Shown here in pieces: positions 57,694-64,000 of a stretch of 64,000 nucleotides of DNA; position 1 is the first letter of the stretch, and the number at the start of each line of letters is the position of its first letter. The position numbers were made by a program, and so were the translations under genes. The notes below the pieces were generated by a model. That model saw only the letters and a program-made list of their open reading frames with translations, did no database searches and was not told the origin of the DNA. This DNA comes from an uncultured virus (IMG/VR IMGVR_UViG_3300005405_000007) (Duplodnaviria > Heunggongvirae > Uroviricota > Caudoviricetes): IMG/VR virus record IMGVR_UViG_3300005405_000007; one strand, 5' to 3'.

Positions 57694-58144
57694 TAAATAA
57701 ATAATTACATAGGAGTGATTGCCTTGGATAAATATGAATGGTACTGCCCTCTATGTGGTAAATATCATTACCAATACATAAGTGAATTTACTCCAAGAAA
57801 GTGTAAAAATTGTTATAATGAATTCTTTGTAAACAAAATTGGTGAAGTCAAGATTATTTGGGAAAGAGGATTTTAAGGAGGTTGAGATGTCAAAGCTCGA
57901 AGAACAGATGTATGAAGATTTAGTAGTGGCCTATGATTTAATATTACGTCTGATAGATGGGGAAGTGTCGGTAATGAAACTAGCAGTTGAAGATGCTGTA
58001 TTTTATTTAAATAAAAATGTAAAATATGCCAAAAGAGAATTACATTAACAAATATAAAATAATTTATTTGCAATTGTAATTTGGTTGTGGTATCCTAAAG
58101 TAGGAAGGTTATTCTATAAGAAAGGATGGAATCGAGGTGGTAAA

Positions 58145-58705
58145 TTGAATTTCAAACAACCTAAAAATGAAACAGAAACACATTTCTTACTAAAGGAAAT
58201 ATCCAAATACATACTTTTTGGATGGGGTTATAAAATTTTAGCAACTGAAGTATCAGGCATGTGGGACTTAGATATTGGCAAAAAGAGAAAAGAAATAATC
58301 GATTGTGTTGGTTTGAAGAAAGTACGTGTTGCTCCTAGAAAGTTTCATTATGATATGAAAGGTATAGAAGCAAAAGCAAGTTTAAGTGATTTTAACAATG
58401 GTTTCTGTTGTGCAAGTGCCTATACATACATAATTTGTCCTATAAATACTATTCCTATCGATACGATTCCAAAGGATATAGGCGTTATCGAGGTTGATCT
58501 TAGTATTTTTGAGATGAAAAAATATTCTCAAAAGATTTCAGACATGAAGGGTGTATCCTTGGTAAGAAAAGCTAAGAAAAGAATTGACTCAAGATTTAAA
58601 GACGAGGAAGCTTATAGAAAATGGTGTGAAAGAAGTTTAGAAAGAGTTGCCTATAGATGTGGTAGTGAATTGTTGTTTTGGAGGAATTTTATTGAGTTTA
58701 GTTAG
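58145..58705 (+). CDS. PD-(D/E)xK nuclease-like (MmcB-like) protein
   Basis: ATEV..IIDCVG..GIEAKASLSDF..YIICP..IPKDIGVI. Confidence 0.6.
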   Translation: MNFKQPKNETETHFLLKEISKYILFGWGYKILATEVSGMWDLDIGKKRKEIIDCVGLKKVRVAPRKFHYDMKGIEAKASLSDFNNGFCCASAYTYIICPINTIPIDTIPKDIGVIEVDLSIFEMKKYSQKISDMKGVSLVRKAKKRIDSRFKDEEAYRKWCERSLERVAYRCGSELLFWRNFIEFS

Positions 58706-58736
58706 TAGAAAATAATAAATAGGGAGGCATGTTGTT

Positions 58737-59396
58737 TTGATTAACTCAATAATGAACAATATAAGAGTAGCACAGGTAAGGTGTCTTAATGAAGAAAAAA
58801 CAGGAGCAAATAAAGGGTTTCTAGTTTGGTTGGTTGCAAACAAAGGTTATGATTTTGGAATGACAGATTATCAAGATCCAGATGAAGAAGATAGATTGCT
58901 TAAAGATAAAATGTTTACAGGAAATACTATTGATGAAGCATTACATCAAGCATCTGATTTTTTACTTGGATTGGAATTAAATGAGATAACAAACAATACA
59001 AAAGACAATACATTGAAAGTTTAGTTTAATAGGATTGGAGGTAAACATATGGAATTAGATAGAAAGAGTTTAGGACATAAAAGTATAGTTTGGGCATGTG
59101 CGTATGACGAAGATAATAATTATGATTATTCACATTTAAAACAATTACCAATAAGAGGAGTTATTTTAGATAAGCGTCAAGCAGGAATGACGAAACCTAA
59201 ATATAGCAGTCAAGTATTTGTACCACTTAATAAAAATGATGAACCAGTTAAAAGTAAAGTAGTAGATATTTATTCTAGGCACTATGCGAATACATATGAA
59301 GAATGCGTTGAAGTTTATAATGGATTAATTCAGACACGTATTGACCGATTAAATGAAATTATTAACGAGTGTGAAACGCATAAGATAACCAATTAG
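58737..59396 (+). other. Two hypothetical ORFs (58737-59024, 59049-59396)
   Basis: ORFs with RBS. Confidence 0.55.
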
Positions 59397-59987
59397 AACA
59401 GTTATTTCACAGTATTTTTATTGAAGGAGGTGAAACATGCAGAAAGTAAGATTTCTTAAAGACTTTGATACATTTGCGAAAGACTCTTATCGAGTAATTC
59501 TAGGCGAAGATGATCAGTATTATTTTATTCAAACAGATTTACATAGTTTAGAAACAACACATTTTCATAAGAGTCATAATGGTATATCGTTTATAGTTGT
59601 AGAAAGAAGCTAAAATAATAAATAGAAGGAGATATAAAAAAATATGAGTGTATCATACAATCGTAGGAAAAAAGTAAAGAAAATGATTGCACGACTCAAA
59701 CAAATGACAATTGAGCAGTACAAGAAATTAAGACCAGAAGAGGTAATTGGACACAGGAAGATTGTTGACTTTATGAAGGAACATGATATTCGGTGTAGGG
59801 TTGGTTGATCACTTCAAAGGAAAATTTTAAGCTATTATAAATTTTAGAAAGGATTGATTGCTTGCTTGAAGAATTCAGGTACAGGTTGGAAAGCAATTAA
59901 ACGTGGAGTACCGCCACCTATTGCAATATAATAATTATTTACTTAATGATAATAAAATAAAAATAATGGAAGAGGGTATTTATACAT

Positions 59988-60977
59988 ATGGCAAAAACAA
60001 AACATGGTTTACAAGAAACAACAGGATTATATCAAATTAGAGGTATTGTTAACGGAACTGATAAGGAAAAATTTTATACAGAAAAGAAAACCAAGACATT
60101 AAAAGATATGAGAATCCTAAATTTTGGTGTCGAAGTAGAACCAAACAAATCTATTTATCTTAATCTTAATGGAATGGTTAAAGATGAGGTTGTTTTTTCA
60201 TCAAGAGATAAAGAAGGGAAATCTGTTACTGAAAAAGTTAAATGGGATAAAAGAAAAACATTTAATAAAGAAGGATACAATCTTATTGGATTAAGGGTTG
60301 GTTTAGAAAAAGATGAAAGTGGTAAAAACATTCAACAAACTCTTACGGAATATGACGCTTGTAAAAAAATTGAAGAGACATTAGAAGATGATATGAGTAT
60401 TTTTTCCAAAGGTAAAATAGAGTTTAGTAGTTTTGAAGGTCAGGATGGAAAAAAACGTTCTATTAAATTTGTACCACAACAAATTTCCTTATGTAGCAAA
60501 GATCTAGATTTTTCTGATGAAAACTTTGAACTCAAATCAGATTTTAGTCAGCAAATCGTATTTATGGGCATAGACAAAAAAGATAACGAATTTGTTGTTT
60601 CAACTAAAATTGTAACATATTCATCTATTGAAGATGCTGAGTTTATTGTTAAAGATAAAGCTTTGGCTAATACTTTTAAACAGAAATTAAAATCTTATAA
60701 TGCAATTCAAGTTCATGGACATATTGAAGTATCAGAAAATGTTGAAACAGTCACAGATGATGATACGTGGGGTGAAAGCGATCCTACTAAAAAAATTGGT
60801 AGTCCAACAACAAGAAGATTAGTAATTACGGGAGCAAAGGGAAATACATTAGATACTACTACTTATACTAAAGAAAAAATTGAAGAAGCTATTCAAAAAA
60901 TTGAGCAGTCAAGTAATGCACAAGGAGATTGGGGATCTGGAAGTAGCGTAAATGACGTAGATGACGGAGAGTGGTAA
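59988..60977 (+). CDS. Putative single-stranded DNA-binding protein (SPbeta YorF-like position)
   Basis: Beta-rich, acidic tail DVDDGEW; first gene of the replication operon. Confidence 0.55.
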   Translation: MAKTKHGLQETTGLYQIRGIVNGTDKEKFYTEKKTKTLKDMRILNFGVEVEPNKSIYLNLNGMVKDEVVFSSRDKEGKSVTEKVKWDKRKTFNKEGYNLIGLRVGLEKDESGKNIQQTLTEYDACKKIEETLEDDMSIFSKGKIEFSSFEGQDGKKRSIKFVPQQISLCSKDLDFSDENFELKSDFSQQIVFMGIDKKDNEFVVSTKIVTYSSIEDAEFIVKDKALANTFKQKLKSYNAIQVHGHIEVSENVETVTDDDTWGESDPTKKIGSPTTRRLVITGAKGNTLDTTTYTKEKIEEAIQKIEQSSNAQGDWGSGSSVNDVDDGEW

Positions 60978-61050
60978 AAACCACTTTCCATTATCTAAAA
61001 TGTAATTAGAGAATATAAAAGAATAATAAAAATGGAGGTAACTATAATAT

Positions 61051-62205
61051 ATGGCAACTGCAAGAAAAGGTGGAAAAGTACAAAGTAAAATTCAAATGTT
61101 ACTTTTTGGTGAACAAGGAACTGGTAAAAGTACAATATCTTCACAGTTTTTATACTTAAAAAGACCAGATGGGAAACCATTTAGAGTGTTATTTCTAGAT
61201 GGAGAATCCGGTTCAATTGACGATATGCTAGAAGACATTGAGGCAGACGGAATTAATTTAGAGAATTTATATATTGTTTACACACAGTCCCTAAAAGAGG
61301 TAAATCAATACATAGAAAAAGCAACAAAAAAAGAGCCTTTTTATGAACTTAATGAAGAAGGTAAAGAAAATTTTGATAAAATGATATTGGATGCAGATGG
61401 AGAACAATTTGTTCCAGATGCGATTGTTGTTGATGGAACATCAGTTTTAAATTTGGCAGTAAAGCAAGGCATAATTGAGTTTAGCAAAAAAAGGGCAAAT
61501 GTAAAAGCAGAAAGAGACAAGTTGTTAGGTGAAGAAAAATTTGTAAAAGTAGAAGGCGCAGGGATTGAACTAAAGGATTACAATACTATCAATTTCAAAG
61601 GTCAAGATTTAGTGCTAACCTTGACTGGAAGTGGGTTGCATTATATTGTAACTGCCAGAGAAGTTGATGAAAAAATATCTGTAAAAGATTCTGAAGGTAA
61701 AATTACTTCTATTTCAACTGGCAAGAAGATTCCAGAAGGATTTAAAGGCATGGGGTACAATGTAAAAACAGAAATGAGATTGTTCAGAGAAGAAGGAGAT
61801 ATGGAATTAGTTAAAGCGCATGTTGTTAAAGACAGAACTAAAACATATCAAAATGGCGAAATTGTAGAAGATCCCTCATTATTCACTTTCCAATCAGTTA
61901 TCGATAAAACAAAAGATAATAAAGACGTTGTTGTTCAAAATAGATTGCATGATGCTATTAAACAAGAACTAAGAGAGACTGAAAAAGAGGTGCTTGGTTC
62001 AGAAACAAACGACAGTGATAATGAAAACAGCGAAACTAAAGACTTGGATTCACTTAAGGAACAACTAATGCAAAAACTAACTTCATTAACTCCAAAAGAA
62101 AAAGAAGAAATGAAAGTCAAGTTGAAACAAGAAGGGTTGCCAATTACTTTTAAAAATGTAACTAATATAGAGGTTGTTGAAAAAGCATTGGAATTAATAA
62201 GTTAA
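61051..62205 (+). CDS. AAA ATPase (Sak4/AAA_24, YorG-like)
   Basis: Walker A GEQGTGKS, FLDGESGS, Walker B IVVDG, KDRT. Confidence 0.8.
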   Translation: MATARKGGKVQSKIQMLLFGEQGTGKSTISSQFLYLKRPDGKPFRVLFLDGESGSIDDMLEDIEADGINLENLYIVYTQSLKEVNQYIEKATKKEPFYELNEEGKENFDKMILDADGEQFVPDAIVVDGTSVLNLAVKQGIIEFSKKRANVKAERDKLLGEEKFVKVEGAGIELKDYNTINFKGQDLVLTLTGSGLHYIVTAREVDEKISVKDSEGKITSISTGKKIPEGFKGMGYNVKTEMRLFREEGDMELVKAHVVKDRTKTYQNGEIVEDPSLFTFQSVIDKTKDNKDVVVQNRLHDAIKQELRETEKEVLGSETNDSDNENSETKDLDSLKEQLMQKLTSLTPKEKEEMKVKLKQEGLPITFKNVTNIEVVEKALELIS

Positions 62206-62219
62206 TATAAATATAAAAA

Positions 62220-62261
62220 ATTATATAAGTCAGGGTATTTTCATGCCTTGACTTATATAAT
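62220..62261. terminator. Long intergenic hairpin
   Basis: ATTATATAAGTCAGGGTA..TGCCTTGACTTATATAAT. Confidence 0.55.
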
Positions 62262-62287
62262 ATAAATACATAGAAGGTGTTTGTATA

Positions 62288-62740
62288 TTGAGTAAAGACA
62301 AATTTGATAGAAAAATATTATTTAACTATTTACAAGACAAATATGAAGTTACTAAACTTCCAAAACAATTCTTTATAAAAATGTCAAATATATTTAAAGG
62401 TAAACTTGACGGTTTATCAAAACCCATACCTCCAGAACATATGTATGATATGTGGATTAGGAAATCTAGTTATTTAGATAAAGTAAATTCAAAAAATATT
62501 TCAAAAGGTAAAAAACTAGATAATTATGCACGACTAAACTATGATTTGGCAATAATCATTTCAAAATACGATGATTATTTGTCATGGTTGGATAGACAAA
62601 AAGCCCAATCAGCAGATAATAGCAATTTAAAAGAAAGTGTAGTAATAACTGAAGTTTTGTATAGTCAAAGCAATAACCAAAAAATAAAAAATACTAATGA
62701 AGAAAATAATTTTGCGGATTTAATAGATGAATTGATTTAA
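62288..62740 (+). CDS. YorH-like replication protein
   Basis: Synteny between the ATPase and helicase; RLNYDLAIIISKYDDY. Confidence 0.55.
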   Translation: MSKDKFDRKILFNYLQDKYEVTKLPKQFFIKMSNIFKGKLDGLSKPIPPEHMYDMWIRKSSYLDKVNSKNISKGKKLDNYARLNYDLAIIISKYDDYLSWLDRQKAQSADNSNLKESVVITEVLYSQSNNQKIKNTNEENNFADLIDELI

Positions 62741-62770
62741 TATCTGGACTATGGTTAGGGGTGAGTTTAA

Positions 62771-64000
62771 ATTACTAAAATCAATAGTGACTTAGGTGAA
62801 CTAAAGGATTTATTAGTAAACGTTCAAAATGAAATGCTACTTGTAGGATGTTTTTATAAAGAACCAGATTTATACATAAAATATGGTCAATTTATTAGAA
62901 GTAAATATGATTTTGCTGATGAGGCAATGAAGTTTTTTTATGATTGTTTTGAGTTGATGTATAAAACATTTTCACAAACAATTGATGAGTTTAAAGTTAA
63001 TACTTTTATAACACAGGATTCAGAAAGATTTAAAATATATTCTAACTTTGGAAGATATGAAACAATAAAAAAAATAGTGCTTATTAGTGATACGAGTGAC
63101 ATAGATAATTATTTTGAAACTGTAAAAAAGTATTCTCTTGTTAGGGAATACCATAGAAAAGGTTATCCTATACAAAAAATGGTGCAACATCAAAGATTCC
63201 CATCAATGACAGCAGAGCAGGTTTATAAAACAATTAAGGCTGGCGCAGATAAAGTTAGCACAGTTATATTATGCAACAAAGAAAGTTCAGTAATTAATAG
63301 TGGTGTAAGTGATACAGTAAATAAATATTTAATTACTCCACAAATGGGATTAATGACTCCTTGGAATATGTATAATGAAATGTTTAGGGGATGTAGATCG
63401 GGAAAAGTAATTTTTGATGGTTTGTTATCAAACGAAGGTAAAACTAGAAAATTAATGTTGTTAGCTACATATATTACTATGGTTAAGAATGAGAAATTTT
63501 TTTTAGCCAGTAATGAAATGGACGAAGAAGATTTAAGAAGTTGTTTAATTACTACAGTATTAAATAATAAAGAGTTTAAAGAAATACATGGAATTGATAT
63601 AGTAAAAAAAGAACGAGAAGTAGTCTTAGGATTATATAAAGATGATATTAGTAGCGAATTTATATACAGAAAAACAAATAATCATGGTATTTTTATTGAA
63701 GATGAAGATGAATATATTAAAAGAGTGACTAAAAATTCCAATGAATATAGATTGACACAAGAGGTTGCTAAGTGGGTAGATAGCAAAAGGGAAACACAAT
63801 TGTTTTTTAAAGATGTTGGAATGGATTATTCTGATACGGCATTAGAATTTGAATTTAAGAAACACCAAATGATATATGGAATTAAATATGGTGGTTACGA
63901 TACCCTAAAGGGGTTTGGTACTGATGATTGGCAAACTGTAAAACAAACTGCGACAAAACTTAAAGAATTGATGAAAGAAATAAATATGTTTTTATATGCT
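62771..64000 (+). CDS. DnaB-like replicative helicase (YorI-like), 3' truncated by the window edge
   Basis: Open frame from ATT 62771 (first ATG 62834); Walker A LSNEGKTR, SNEMDEEDL, GYDTLK. Confidence 0.8.
   Translation, partial: MTKINSDLGELKDLLVNVQNEMLLVGCFYKEPDLYIKYGQFIRSKYDFADEAMKFFYDCFELMYKTFSQTIDEFKVNTFITQDSERFKIYSNFGRYETIKKIVLISDTSDIDNYFETVKKYSLVREYHRKGYPIQKMVQHQRFPSMTAEQVYKTIKAGADKVSTVILCNKESSVINSGVSDTVNKYLITPQMGLMTPWNMYNEMFRGCRSGKVIFDGLLSNEGKTRKLMLLATYITMVKNEKFFLASNEMDEEDLRSCLITTVLNNKEFKEIHGIDIVKKEREVVLGLYKDDISSEFIYRKTNNHGIFIEDEDEYIKRVTKNSNEYRLTQEVAKWVDSKRETQLFFKDVGMDYSDTALEFEFKKHQMIYGIKYGGYDTLKGFGTDDWQTVKQTATKLKELMKEINMFLYA

Larger units (their letters stand above)
3171..59409. repeat. 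Dispersed palindromic junction element YRAAW-N6-TTTYR (often CC/GG flanked), dozens of copies between accessory genes
   Basis: Clear copies start at 3171, 4253, 5469, 5907, 11869, 13601, 13857, 14472, 16187, 21762, 36592, 38012, 44241, 45121, 46418, 49357, 49997, 52125, 54231, 56203, 59014, 59394. Confidence 0.75.

Noticed and set aside
59866..59931. 21-aa PPP-containing leader peptide before the replication operon
   Set aside because: RBS spacing is long and no attenuator structure is seen; insufficient support
3464..62120. Minus-strand and nested ORFs in the supplied track
   Set aside because: They are antisense shadows of plus-strand genes, with no RBS or motifs
1..64000. tRNA, rRNA, reverse transcriptase/retron, virion structural genes, aimR-like TPR receptor
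   Set aside because: None recognised by eye; tRNAscan and HMM searches would be needed to exclude them formally

Overview
AT-rich, almost entirely plus-strand segment of a large SPbeta-like temperate phage or prophage of a Firmicute, probably Clostridia (inferred from the agr genes and the very low GC). It holds long arrays of short accessory ORFs and five DNA methyltransferases. It also encodes RNA-repair and translation-rescue enzymes (Thg1-like, a Pnkp/ligase with two inteins, a second RNA ligase, two Pth2, an HD alarmone hydrolase), an NAD-dependent DNA ligase, three HNH/Zn-ribbon endonucleases and a decayed IS200/IS605 element. The window ends in the start of an SPbeta yorF-G-H-I-like replication operon. 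Two things stand out. (1) A module at 23.1-31.1 kb combines an Agr-type peptide system (kinase-less membrane receptor, unannotated AgrD, AgrB) with two phage-encoded MazF/PemK nucleases, one fused to an HTH, directly upstream of YopQ-like and MrpR/YopR-like genes. This is a candidate arbitrium-independent, cyclic-peptide lysis-lysogeny switch. (2) A palindromic YRAAW-N6-TTTYR element recurs at dozens of accessory-gene junctions and looks like a tyrosine-recombinase core site, suggesting integron-like gene cassettes. Two unassigned structured ncRNA candidates are also present. All calls come from reading motifs by eye; no database search or folding was run.
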